From: Candidatus Cloacimonadales bacterium
GTDB taxonomy: Bacteria > Cloacimonadota > Cloacimonadia > Cloacimonadales > TCS61
Direction: 5' to 3'
Assembly (NCBI GenBank): GCA_030656075.1
Contig: JAUSOT010000047.1
Span: forward strand, 10-64,009
Length of the DNA: 64,000 nt
Position numbers and translations under genes: made by a program. The stretch's first letter is position 1, and each line of letters starts with the position of its first letter. Shown here piece by piece: positions 1 to 8,245 of the stretch. Under the pieces are notes generated by a model that saw only the letters and a program-made list of their open reading frames with translations, did no database searches and was not told the DNA's origin.

Positions 1-589
1 AGGGTGTCGGTTCGGTGATCAAGATCACGAAATCAGCTTCTTTGGTTGCTTCGATCACCGGGCAGGAAGTGCCTGGAGGTGAATCGAAGATTTTGATGTT
101 TTCATCATTAAATTGTGAATCAACATATTCCAGAGTTTGTGCTATCAGCGGAACAGCCTGTTCCTGACCGATATCCTGTTTGCTTTCGATGAAATCGAAA
201 GTTCCTGTTGAAAAATGTTTGAGTTCTCCCATTTTCTGCGGGATCATCGGAAGTGCTTTGGCTGGACAAAGTTCGCTGCAGGCGTAGCAACTGTGGCAGA
301 GTTCCGGAAAAACCATGATCTGATCTCCCAGCTTGAGCACGGCATGAAAATTACAAACTTTCTGGCAATGTCCGCAAAGCGTGCATTTATCTTTATCCCA
401 GTTGGGGATCATTTTGAATTTATCTTCCTGATGTTTCAATTCACCTTTTATGAAAAGCCCGGAGTTCGGTTCTTCCACATCCAGATCAGTTAAAACAATC
501 TGGTGTTCCCTGGCTAAAAAATGTGCCAGATTGGTGGAAAGGGTAGTTTTCCCAGTGCCGCCTTTACCGCTGGCGATAGCTATCTTCAT
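1..589 (-). CDS. MinD/Mrp-family P-loop ATPase with embedded 4Fe-4S ferredoxin-type Cys clusters (3' end runs off the window)
   Basis: Own translation of the minus strand from the ATG at complement 587-589: MKIAIASGKGGTGKTTLSTNLAHFLA. It has a Walker A KGGTGKT and Cys clusters CTLCGHCQKVC and CHSCYACSELCP. The frame stays open to position 1, so it is absent from the ORF track. Confidence 0.8.
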   Translation of the reverse strand, partial: MKIAIASGKGGTGKTTLSTNLAHFLAREHQIVLTDLDVEEPNSGLFIKGELKHQEDKFKMIPNWDKDKCTLCGHCQKVCNFHAVLKLGDQIMVFPELCHSCYACSELCPAKALPMIPQKMGELKHFSTGTFDFIESKQDIGQEQAVPLIAQTLEYVDSQFNDENIKIFDSPPGTSCPVIEATKEADFVILITEPTP

Positions 590-595
590 ACTTTA

Positions 596-934
596 TTAAT
601 GATCGCAGAGATTATCGCCGGATTCCAGATTTCCTTCGATATATTGATCCACCAGACCTTTCAAATTATCCGAGCGTAAACCAATGATAACATCGATATT
701 GTTCTGGGCAAAAAGCGTTTGAGCTCTGCTTCCCATTCCACCTGCAATGATTGCATCGCACCCCAACTCTCTAAGGAAAGCCGGATGGGAACCTGGTTCA
801 TGAGGCGGCGGAGTGACGAATTCTTCTTTCACAATTTTGTTATCTTGCACATCGTAAATGGCAAATTTCTCACAATGTCCGAAGTGGGCACAGAGCACTC
901 CGCTTTCTGTAGGAATAGCAATTTTTTTGTTCAT
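596..934 (-). CDS. NifB/NifX-like (dinitrogenase FeMo-cofactor biosynthesis domain) small protein
   Basis: 112 aa. Motifs AHFGHCEKFAIYDV and IIAGGMGSRAQTLF are typical of the NifX/NifB-C family. It lies 6 nt upstream of the MinD-like gene. Confidence 0.75.
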   Translation of the reverse strand: MNKKIAIPTESGVLCAHFGHCEKFAIYDVQDNKIVKEEFVTPPPHEPGSHPAFLRELGCDAIIAGGMGSRAQTLFAQNNIDVIIGLRSDNLKGLVDQYIEGNLESGDNLCDH

Positions 935-1221
935 TTTTTTTCTCCAATTTGTTCATTTGCTTTTATTTTTAATTGAGTCTTATCGTTGATCACGGAATAT
1001 TCAGCCTCAATAATTTTCTTTTCGGATGAAGCTTCCAATTTTTTTGATTTGAAGGCATGCTTGATAAATCCTTTGATCTTGCTGTTTTCACTTAGAACGT
1101 CCTTCATCACAACTCCGGCAATTCCGGTGATGATCGTTGTGATGATCGAGCTCTTGCCGGAAAAACTTCGATTTCGCTGGTTACGGTAGCGATAACCTTG
1201 CGGATTTGATTGTTTGTTCAT
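931..1221 (-). CDS. hypothetical small protein with one hydrophobic segment
   Basis: 96-aa ORF with a 4-nt overlap onto the NifX-like gene. It has a basic N-terminus and the segment SIITTIITGIAGVV. No family recognised. Confidence 0.4.
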   Translation of the reverse strand: MNKQSNPQGYRYRNQRNRSFSGKSSIITTIITGIAGVVMKDVLSENSKIKGFIKHAFKSKKLEASSEKKIIEAEYSVINDKTQLKIKANEQIGEKK

Positions 1222-1274
1222 AATACCTTAAAAATTTGGCAGGGGAGGAGAGATCAACCCCTGCCAAAGCAGAG

Positions 1275-1586
1275 TTATTCCTCTTTGGATAACTCAGACA
1301 ACCTGTTTTTCAATTCTTCTAATTGATCGCTGAGAATTTCAATGTCATTTTCCAGAAAAGCTTTCTGAGATTTTGCATCGTAATTTATTGGTGCATTGTT
1401 CCAACGCGGATTAGCGAAATTGCGATAACCTCGTCCATATCCGCCGCCGCGACCTCCAAAACTTCCACCCATTCCTCTGGGTGTAATTTTTCCATAACCG
1501 GGACTGGCAAAATTATTGCAGTACCCTATACCCCTTCCTGTCATATGTCCCATTCCATTAGGACCTGTTCTATCACCTCTTGGCAT
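1275..1586 (-). CDS. DUF5320 family protein (Gly/Arg-rich, C-terminal coiled coil)
   Basis: MPRGDRTGPNGMGHMTGRG N-terminus, GGRGGGYGRGYR tract and C-terminal LSDQLEELKNRLSELSKEE. I moved the start to the ATG preceded by AAGGAGGT (residue 7 of the track ORF 1275..1604). Confidence 0.7.
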   Translation of the reverse strand: MPRGDRTGPNGMGHMTGRGIGYCNNFASPGYGKITPRGMGGSFGGRGGGYGRGYRNFANPRWNNAPINYDAKSQKAFLENDIEILSDQLEELKNRLSELSKEE

Positions 1587-1611
1587 GATTACCTCCTTAG
1601 CCAATTAATTC

Positions 1612-1815
1612 TTAGTTATTCCGATTTTTGCCACGGCCGGTTCCCTGACCTGGTTTATTTTTATTATTTCTTGGATTCATTTCGGGATTTCTACCACCGG
1701 AAATTCCCCTGGGTTGTCCAATTCCGCTTCCCATTTTATTTCCGGCTGTTTTTCCTAATCCCCTGCCCGTTCTGGGACCTTTTCCGTCCGGACCTGTACC
1801 ATCGCCTCTTGGCAT
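1612..1815 (-). CDS. DUF5320-like short paralogue
   Basis: 67 aa sharing the MPRGDGTGPDGKGPRTGRG N-terminal motif with the adjacent gene. GGAGGT sits upstream of the ATG. Confidence 0.6.
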   Translation of the reverse strand: MPRGDGTGPDGKGPRTGRGLGKTAGNKMGSGIGQPRGISGGRNPEMNPRNNKNKPGQGTGRGKNRNN

Positions 1816-1817
1816 AA

Positions 1818-2273
1818 TTACCTCCCTGGATTGCGATTAAAACTACGACAGCATTTCCCATGTCCAAAACCACCAGCCAGATCCATTAAATCATTTGAAC
1901 CGCAAGCCGGACACACTTCAGTTGGTTTATCAAACCCGGTTTTGAACATATGACCACAATGTTGGCAGCGTAACACATTACCTCGAAAATGAACATCACC
2001 GCCTTCGATAAACAAGTGCTTTCCTTCGATCAAAAACCGGGCAACTTTGCGGCGTGCCTGTTCAACAAGACGTGTGAAAGTAGAGCGGGATATTTCCATT
2101 TCATCGGCTGCTTCGGAATGCTCTTTCCCCAGATAATCAGTAAGCCTGATGGCTTCCAGTTCATCCAGATTCAGAGAAATCTGCTCTAAAGCATTCACCC
2201 TTACTCCGATCGGTTTGAAAGAAGTGTAAAGCGGTGGTTGATGAACCAGTCGTTTCTTCTTCGGTCGTGGCAT
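1818..2273 (-). CDS. DUF134 (UPF0251) predicted DNA-binding protein with a C-terminal CxxC..CxxC zinc-ribbon extension
   Basis: MPRPKKKRLV...FKP.GV N-terminus, sigma-70 region-4-like HTH (ISRSTFTRLVEQARRKVA), then CQHCGH...CPACGS. Confidence 0.75.
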   Translation of the reverse strand: MPRPKKKRLVHQPPLYTSFKPIGVRVNALEQISLNLDELEAIRLTDYLGKEHSEAADEMEISRSTFTRLVEQARRKVARFLIEGKHLFIEGGDVHFRGNVLRCQHCGHMFKTGFDKPTEVCPACGSNDLMDLAGGFGHGKCCRSFNRNPGR

Positions 2274-2304
2274 AATCTATCCTTTTATTTTTTATTCTGA
2301 GGAC

Positions 2305-2333
2305 AAAGTAATGCACATAGGTGCATAAGTCAA
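2305..2333 (-). promoter_or_regulatory. putative sigma-70-type promoter of the DUF134 operon with an embedded palindromic operator
   Basis: The minus strand reads TTGACT (2328-2333), a 17-nt spacer, then TACTTT (2305-2310). The spacer is the palindrome ATGCAC-ATAG-GTGCAT (2311-2326). Confidence 0.4.
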
Positions 2334-2569
2334 ATTAAAAATTTATTTATTTTTGCAATAAACAAAAACGAACCAAGAAACTAATTCCGGTTGATTTGGG
2401 AAGTTGTATTGAAACCCTGCCATCGCTTCTTTCACAATTTCATTCAGTTAGCAATGCCAGGATTGGAAGATTAAGAAATATGAAAGAAACCTTGAAAGGG
2501 CTAAGCAAGAAGTTGCTTTGAATGAAGCCCTTGCAAGGTTAAGTAGAAAATACCGACTCGAGTAAAAAG

Positions 2570-3013
2570 CTAAATTTCCAGCGGCGGAATCACCAGTACC
2601 GGTACTTTGGATTGTTTAATCAGGGCATCGTGCGTGCTGCCGACCAGCAGATTGTAAAATTTACCGTGTTTGTGAGAACCGACAATGATCAGATCAGCTT
2701 TAAATTTTTCAGCTTCAGTTATGATGTTGGCAGCCGTGGGACCTTCCAGCAAAACACTCTTCACTTCCAATCCACCCTGTTTTAGATCAGCTTTCAAATC
2801 CTTCAATTTCTGTTTAACTACATTCATCCTGCTTTCCCGCAAATCCAATGTTTGCGGAAATTCATCAAATTCACTTGTGGAAATATAGTAGTCGATAGAT
2901 TCACAATGAACGATGCACAGTTTTGCCTTGAATTCTAAAGTCAATTGTCTGGCATAAGTAATAACCAGATCTGTTTCTTCCGAAAAATCGATCGCAGCTA
3001 AAATTCTTTTCAT
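2570..3013 (-). CDS. universal stress protein (UspA family)
   Basis: 147 aa. Has MKRILAAIDFSE and DLIIVGSHKHGKFYNLLVGSTHDALIKQSKVPVLVI, the typical Usp ATP-binding C-terminus. Confidence 0.8.
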   Translation of the reverse strand: MKRILAAIDFSEETDLVITYARQLTLEFKAKLCIVHCESIDYYISTSEFDEFPQTLDLRESRMNVVKQKLKDLKADLKQGGLEVKSVLLEGPTAANIITEAEKFKADLIIVGSHKHGKFYNLLVGSTHDALIKQSKVPVLVIPPLEI

Positions 3014-3045
3014 TCTTTACCTCCTGAAATTTATATATTTTCTTT

Positions 3046-4158
3046 TTAAAAAGTAAGTCTCTCCAAATAGCCATTTGCTTTGGCACGATAGAATATGCCA
3101 TTTTTCCACAAAAGGCCTTCTCCCTTATCACCGTATTTAATGCCTGTATCAACCGGAATTACTTTATCTTTAAAAAAAGGATTAATAAAATCCTGCGTGG
3201 TATGTCCAACTACAATTTGAGAAGCCTTAAAATGATCGAGAATATCCCAAAGTTCCTGCTGTTTGATTTGTGGTGAAGATTTCGTATCTTCAAAATAGCC
3301 GCGATACCAGAAAGGTCCGTCGTCTTTGAAGAGAAAATTCAGAAAATCGCTGAATTTGATACTGTTTTCCGGTGCATCGATATTCTCCCGCACGGCTTCG
3401 TTAATATCTGCAAATGTGTAATTCCGGGAAATTATTTTAGGATGCAATCCGGCATGAACAAAGAGAATTCCATTAATTTTTATTACAGTATTTTTGGAAC
3501 GAAACCAGCGACCAAATTCAGAATCTTCAGCAAAAAACTTATAATAACTCCTGCCAAGTTTGTCGGCAACTACTTGATATTTCTCGTGCATATAGCGGGT
3601 GTCGCCCCGCAGCAGCATTATCTCATGGTTTCCCAATAGAAAATGAACTTTTCCATTCCAAATCTCAGCCTGTGTTTCCAATTTATGGATCAGCCATAAA
3701 CATTCGGTCACCATCGGACCTCGATCTACTACATCGCCCAAAATAACCAAATGTCCGTCTTCCCAAATCCAGTTATTCTCGGCATCGATCACTTTATTAT
3801 TCTGCAGAATTTGCACGAATCTGTCATATTGTCCGTGAATATCACTGATCACGAAAATTTTATCGACGTTGGTATAGGTGTCGGGGTCAACCAAAGGCTG
3901 GTAGGTGGAAATTTCAAATTCCTGCTCAAAACCTTCCAGATTGAAGGAATATGCACCCGACTCTTTCAAGCGGATTTCCTGGAAAACTTTATGCCCGTTC
4001 ATCACATACTCTACAGTAGCCAAATTGTCTTTCCAAAAAACATAAGGCCCGTCGGTGACTCTGGAATAATCTTCTTCTGTGTTAAATTGGATTTCCTGAG
4101 CGCTGAGATTGGATATCACGAAAATTATCAGAAACACAAATTTCAAGTTTTTCGACAT
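3046..4158 (-). CDS. secreted calcineurin-like metallophosphoesterase
   Basis: Motifs VISDIHG, GDVVDRG and LLGNHE. Signal peptide MSKNLKFVFLIIFVISNLSAQE. I chose the start at the ATG with AAGGA upstream (residue 14 of the track ORF). Confidence 0.75.
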   Translation of the reverse strand: MSKNLKFVFLIIFVISNLSAQEIQFNTEEDYSRVTDGPYVFWKDNLATVEYVMNGHKVFQEIRLKESGAYSFNLEGFEQEFEISTYQPLVDPDTYTNVDKIFVISDIHGQYDRFVQILQNNKVIDAENNWIWEDGHLVILGDVVDRGPMVTECLWLIHKLETQAEIWNGKVHFLLGNHEIMLLRGDTRYMHEKYQVVADKLGRSYYKFFAEDSEFGRWFRSKNTVIKINGILFVHAGLHPKIISRNYTFADINEAVRENIDAPENSIKFSDFLNFLFKDDGPFWYRGYFEDTKSSPQIKQQELWDILDHFKASQIVVGHTTQDFINPFFKDKVIPVDTGIKYGDKGEGLLWKNGIFYRAKANGYLERLTF

Positions 4159-4448
4159 TCCAAATTCCTTTATTATCTTTCCTTCAGAGTTCTGCATAAT
4201 TCTGACTTTGTCTTTGCGAAGAATCTTACAGAGGGATTCTGCTGAAGCAATCTATACTGCTAACAAATTAATTATTAAAGAGATTGCTTCGTCAGCGCAG
4301 CAAGATCCGGCAACTGCCGGACGCAAAGACATATTTTTTTTCACTTTTGCATCAAAACACTCTATTATGCAGAATCCTTATCTTTCCTTAATAAACTTTA
4401 GGTGAATTTCTGAAATTATGAATTACAAGGCAATAATTATTTAAAAAT

Positions 4449-4988
4449 TTATTCGAGAGTTAACTTATTAAATTCGGTTTGATTGAATAACCGGTAATGC
4501 GGCTGATATGTTTTGCGATAAATTTCACTGTGAGAAATAATGAAATCGAGTTTTTCCAGTTTTGAGTTTAGTCTATCGCTGGCTTCCTCAAAATTAAAGA
4601 TTTTGAGAGAAGATTTTTTTAAGATCAATTCTATCTGCTGCCACTGGGTAGCCCATTCCGAATTACTGATTTTTGCTTGAAACTTGCTACTTTTCAAAAA
4701 GCCCTTAAAAAAATCTTCCGGGCTGACGAGTTTCAATTTGATGACCGCTAAATTCACCCGATAAAACGTAGTGCGATAATCTATTTTTTGGAAAAGATGT
4801 GGTTCGAAACTCGTCGCCGAAGCCAGCTCCTGTTGCAGGAAATTTTTCGCTTTTGCTTCATTTTCGATGAAATGCTCGGGACCAAAAGTACCTTGGAAAA
4901 AGAATTTGTAATAATCAATTAAACTGGATTTTGGATGAAGCTGTTCTTCTTGTTTTGCCAGTTCAATGATCTGCGTTTCAGAGAGCAC
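4449..4988 (-). CDS. hypothetical protein
   Basis: 179-aa ORF overlapping the upstream radical SAM gene by 11 nt. No family recognised. Confidence 0.4.
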   Translation of the reverse strand: MLSETQIIELAKQEEQLHPKSSLIDYYKFFFQGTFGPEHFIENEAKAKNFLQQELASATSFEPHLFQKIDYRTTFYRVNLAVIKLKLVSPEDFFKGFLKSSKFQAKISNSEWATQWQQIELILKKSSLKIFNFEEASDRLNSKLEKLDFIISHSEIYRKTYQPHYRLFNQTEFNKLTLE

Positions 4989-5952
4989 GGAAAAAAGTTC
5001 CTCTTTCCTGTACTTCGCTGGTTACCATTTTCAGCAGGATCAATTCCGAAAGATATTTATTGATCTCGTTCAAATGCAAACCCAGCATATCTGCCAGATC
5101 TTGCGTTGTGCAAGGTCGTCGCCGGATCGTTTCCAGAATCCTGCTTTCCACATCATCGCTATAGGAAGCTATGCCACGACGTGACTTGAATTTTGCAATT
5201 ATCTCTACCGGCAGCGGATGCAGTTTTTTGGCAATCCTCTTTAGGTTTTCCCGCGTGGATGGAACCACCCATTCTTTTGTACCGGGTCGATCCAGAGTGT
5301 TCAATTGAATTCGCTCCGGTCGGATTTGTTTCAGAACTTTTTTGAAAAGTTTCAGTTCTTCTTTGGTGTCATTCATTCCGGGAACTATGAAAATTTCCAG
5401 CCAGATTTCACCTTTGAAAATCTTTTTAAATTCGATTAAGCCGTCGATAATATCCTGACTTTTAAGAGATGTCACCGGATTATTGATTTTTCGGAAAACA
5501 TCGTCACTAACTGCATCCAAAGAAGGAAGAAGCAGATCGATATCTTTGATTTCTTCCCGAACTTTTTCATCAGAAAGCAAAGTCGAATTTGTGAGCAAAG
5601 CCAGTTTATATTGCGGATAATTTTCTTTGATATGAGAAATGATCTCCTCGATTCCGATATTCAAAGTCGGCTCACCGGCTCCGGAAAACGTGATGTAATC
5701 CAGTTCGGGATTTCCTGCCAAAAAGTGATCGAGTTCATCCAGAACTTCACTGACTGAAACATATTCTTTCCGTTCCAAGGTGTGAATTGTAGTTTCCCCG
5801 ACTTCACAATAAATGCAGTTTAAACTACAGACTTTATACGGCACCAGATCCACGCCCAGCGACATTCCCAGTCGGCGGGAAGGAACCGGTCCAAAGAGAT
5901 GTTTGTACTTCACTTTTTCACCAAATTTGGATTTCTGTAATTCTGGCTTCAT
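4978..5952 (-). CDS. radical SAM protein with a C-terminal winged-helix-like tail
   Basis: CSLNCIYCEVG (CxxxCxxC), a GAGEPTL glycine-rich SAM motif, and a tail ILETIRRRPCTTQDLADMLGL. Confidence 0.8.
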   Translation of the reverse strand: MKPELQKSKFGEKVKYKHLFGPVPSRRLGMSLGVDLVPYKVCSLNCIYCEVGETTIHTLERKEYVSVSEVLDELDHFLAGNPELDYITFSGAGEPTLNIGIEEIISHIKENYPQYKLALLTNSTLLSDEKVREEIKDIDLLLPSLDAVSDDVFRKINNPVTSLKSQDIIDGLIEFKKIFKGEIWLEIFIVPGMNDTKEELKLFKKVLKQIRPERIQLNTLDRPGTKEWVVPSTRENLKRIAKKLHPLPVEIIAKFKSRRGIASYSDDVESRILETIRRRPCTTQDLADMLGLHLNEINKYLSELILLKMVTSEVQERGTFFRAL

Positions 5953-6466
5953 TGTTGAATTCTTCCAACTTCAGAAATACCTGATCATAACGGTTAATAT
6001 CTGTCTTCCCAATATATGATTCAGAATCGATTATAAACCTGGTGTTGGGAAATTCTTTTGTCTCAAAAACGAATTCAGATAACACATAGGAATACCATAT
6101 TTTATATTCAGGATAAGAATGGCAGAATTCGGTTAATAGACTTCCTATGTGAAGAAGCTTTTCTGTAATATATTTTTCCGAAAACACATTTATTTGTCGA
6201 ATTATTCCAGTGTCGTTTGTTTCCAAAAGCAGAAGAGTTTTCGAATCGTCTGTAATCTGGCACATGCGGTAATCGATCTCTACTCCTTCTTCATCTCGGG
6301 TTTCTGTGAAAATCTCGTATGTCACTCCTTTTATCTTCGTCGGTAATTTGCTGCCAATCAGGAAATTTCCAACTCGATGCTCTCCAATCGTGTATCCTGG
6401 AACTTCCTGGTTTACACAGGAAAGTATCAGTAAAAGAAATGCCGAAAAAATGCAACCAAACTTCAT
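5918..6466 (-). CDS. hypothetical lipoprotein
   Basis: 182 aa. The N-terminus MKFGCIFSAFLLLILSC looks like a lipobox signal peptide. Confidence 0.5.
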   Translation of the reverse strand: MKFGCIFSAFLLLILSCVNQEVPGYTIGEHRVGNFLIGSKLPTKIKGVTYEIFTETRDEEGVEIDYRMCQITDDSKTLLLLETNDTGIIRQINVFSEKYITEKLLHIGSLLTEFCHSYPEYKIWYSYVLSEFVFETKEFPNTRFIIDSESYIGKTDINRYDQVFLKLEEFNNEARITEIQIW

Positions 6467-6900
6467 GATCTGTATTTTTCGACCTGGATGTCGAGCGCCT
6501 TCAAACTGATTGTGATATCAAATAGAAAAAAGATGATTGCGACAATCAAACCACAGATCGCCAGCACAAAAAAAGTGATGAATAGAAAGGAAACATCTAT
6601 TTGAGTGAAATAGCCGAGAAACAACAACAAAATCATCAAACTGGCAAATAAAATCGTCAGCGAAATGGATGTAATCGAAGCACGCAGGATTCTGCTACGT
6701 TTAAACAAAATCCCAATCTGAAGATGTTTATTATCATCTCCTTTTCCTGCTTCAATTTCCTGAACCAGAAATCTTGACCGATCAATTACACGGCCCAGCC
6801 GGTTTGTGAGAGAAAGCAGCAATAATCCAACACCTGAGATGAGAACGATCGGTGATATCGCCGACTGCATCAGTTGGATGAGATTTTGAATGTTTTCCAT
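6463..6900 (-). CDS. DUF2721-like membrane protein
   Basis: 145 aa. Has SPIVLISGVGLLLLSLTNRLGRVIDRSR followed by two C-terminal TM segments. Confidence 0.6.
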   Translation of the reverse strand: MENIQNLIQLMQSAISPIVLISGVGLLLLSLTNRLGRVIDRSRFLVQEIEAGKGDDNKHLQIGILFKRSRILRASITSISLTILFASLMILLLFLGYFTQIDVSFLFITFFVLAICGLIVAIIFFLFDITISLKALDIQVEKYRS

Positions 6901-7144
6901 TTTATTTACCTCTATATTTTATCAGCGAACCTGTCTTCATTGCACTACAACAAGGCAGGTAAGGACGAACAAGTCACCTTGAAAAGGTTTATAAGACTTC
7001 TCTCCCTGCTGAACCTTTTCAACGGTTTGGGCATCATCATCTTCAACCATTGAAAAAGTCGATGAGAAAGAATTCCTCCGGGGGTAACTTTTTCAAGGTT
7101 ATTACTAATTTCGGACTGCGTGAACATGTTGAAATCCATTCTAA

Positions 7145-8245
7145 TCAAAACAACTCCATCTGGCTTTCTACTCTCTCTTTCAGATAAAAATAATTCTGTT
7201 TATTTATCCGCTTCCTCTCGATAAAATCCAATCCTGATAATATTTTAGAAAAATTTTCCGATTCGATTTTTAACTTTAATTTTTCGATGATTTCCTCAAT
7301 CGTAAAAGATTGTGAGGAAAGCATATCTTTTAATCTTGTTTGAAGATAAGATGATTCTTCGATCAAAATATTTCCATCCGAATCGACCGGTTTTGCTCCT
7401 GCCAGGATTAGAAGTTCATTCGCATTTTTTTCATCGGAACCAGGTTTGCGAACATAAATCTCCCGTCCTTTTTTCAAACCATCGAGAACGCCCGACCAGG
7501 TTCCGCCTTTGGAATCGGATTCTGCCGCATAAATAGTTTTAGCCAGTCCGTAAATATAAACATTTCTGCTCATTGCCAAACCTGCCGACCAGGGAACTTT
7601 GGGATGGAAAGTGCTCAAAACCAGGACATCACCCTGCACGATTTGCGAATAATATTTCCTGAAACCGCTGCTGAAAGTCATTATTCCCTGCGGTAGAACG
7701 ATGATGCTGTGACCGACAACTGCGAGAGTTTCATCCAACGCTTTCTTATCTACACCTTTGGCAAATCCGCTGACCACAACTTTATATTCTTTGGCACATT
7801 TTTGAGCGACAGTTTTGGTGAATTGCAGAGAAATATCGGAAGCATTTCTGGAGCCGACTATTGCCACCGTGTCTTCTTGCAACAATTGTTTATTTCCTTT
7901 TATGTATATAACCGGTGGTGAAAATTTCAGTTTGAGATTTGCTTTCAAGGTTGGAGAATAATCTGCGGAATCGATAGGAACGATATTGTAGCCTTGATTG
8001 ATCAAACTTTCTGCCAGAAAGGAGTAGTTCGGCAATTCTTTTTTGGCGGTTTCCAGTTCAGCAATTTCATTGGAATTAAGCTCAAATTCATTTTGCCAAT
8101 TGTTCTTATCTAAGCTGAAGAATTCAGCATAAGTCATCTTCTTTTCCTGCAAAATATCAACTATCAAACGATTTATCCGCTCCGTTCTCCATCTCGGAAG
8201 ATGAGCCAGTGCCATCCAATATGAAGAATTTTCCAAATTTTCCAT
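7145..8245 (-). CDS. dprA: DNA-processing protein DprA/Smf
   Basis: 366 aa. Rossmann core VAIVGSRNASDISLQFTKTV...VVVSGFAKGVDKKALDETL...IIVLPQGI and a C-terminal wHTH-like tail. Its start codon abuts the stop of the upstream helicase gene. Confidence 0.8.
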   Translation of the reverse strand: MENLENSSYWMALAHLPRWRTERINRLIVDILQEKKMTYAEFFSLDKNNWQNEFELNSNEIAELETAKKELPNYSFLAESLINQGYNIVPIDSADYSPTLKANLKLKFSPPVIYIKGNKQLLQEDTVAIVGSRNASDISLQFTKTVAQKCAKEYKVVVSGFAKGVDKKALDETLAVVGHSIIVLPQGIMTFSSGFRKYYSQIVQGDVLVLSTFHPKVPWSAGLAMSRNVYIYGLAKTIYAAESDSKGGTWSGVLDGLKKGREIYVRKPGSDEKNANELLILAGAKPVDSDGNILIEESSYLQTRLKDMLSSQSFTIEEIIEKLKLKIESENFSKILSGLDFIERKRINKQNYFYLKERVESQMELF

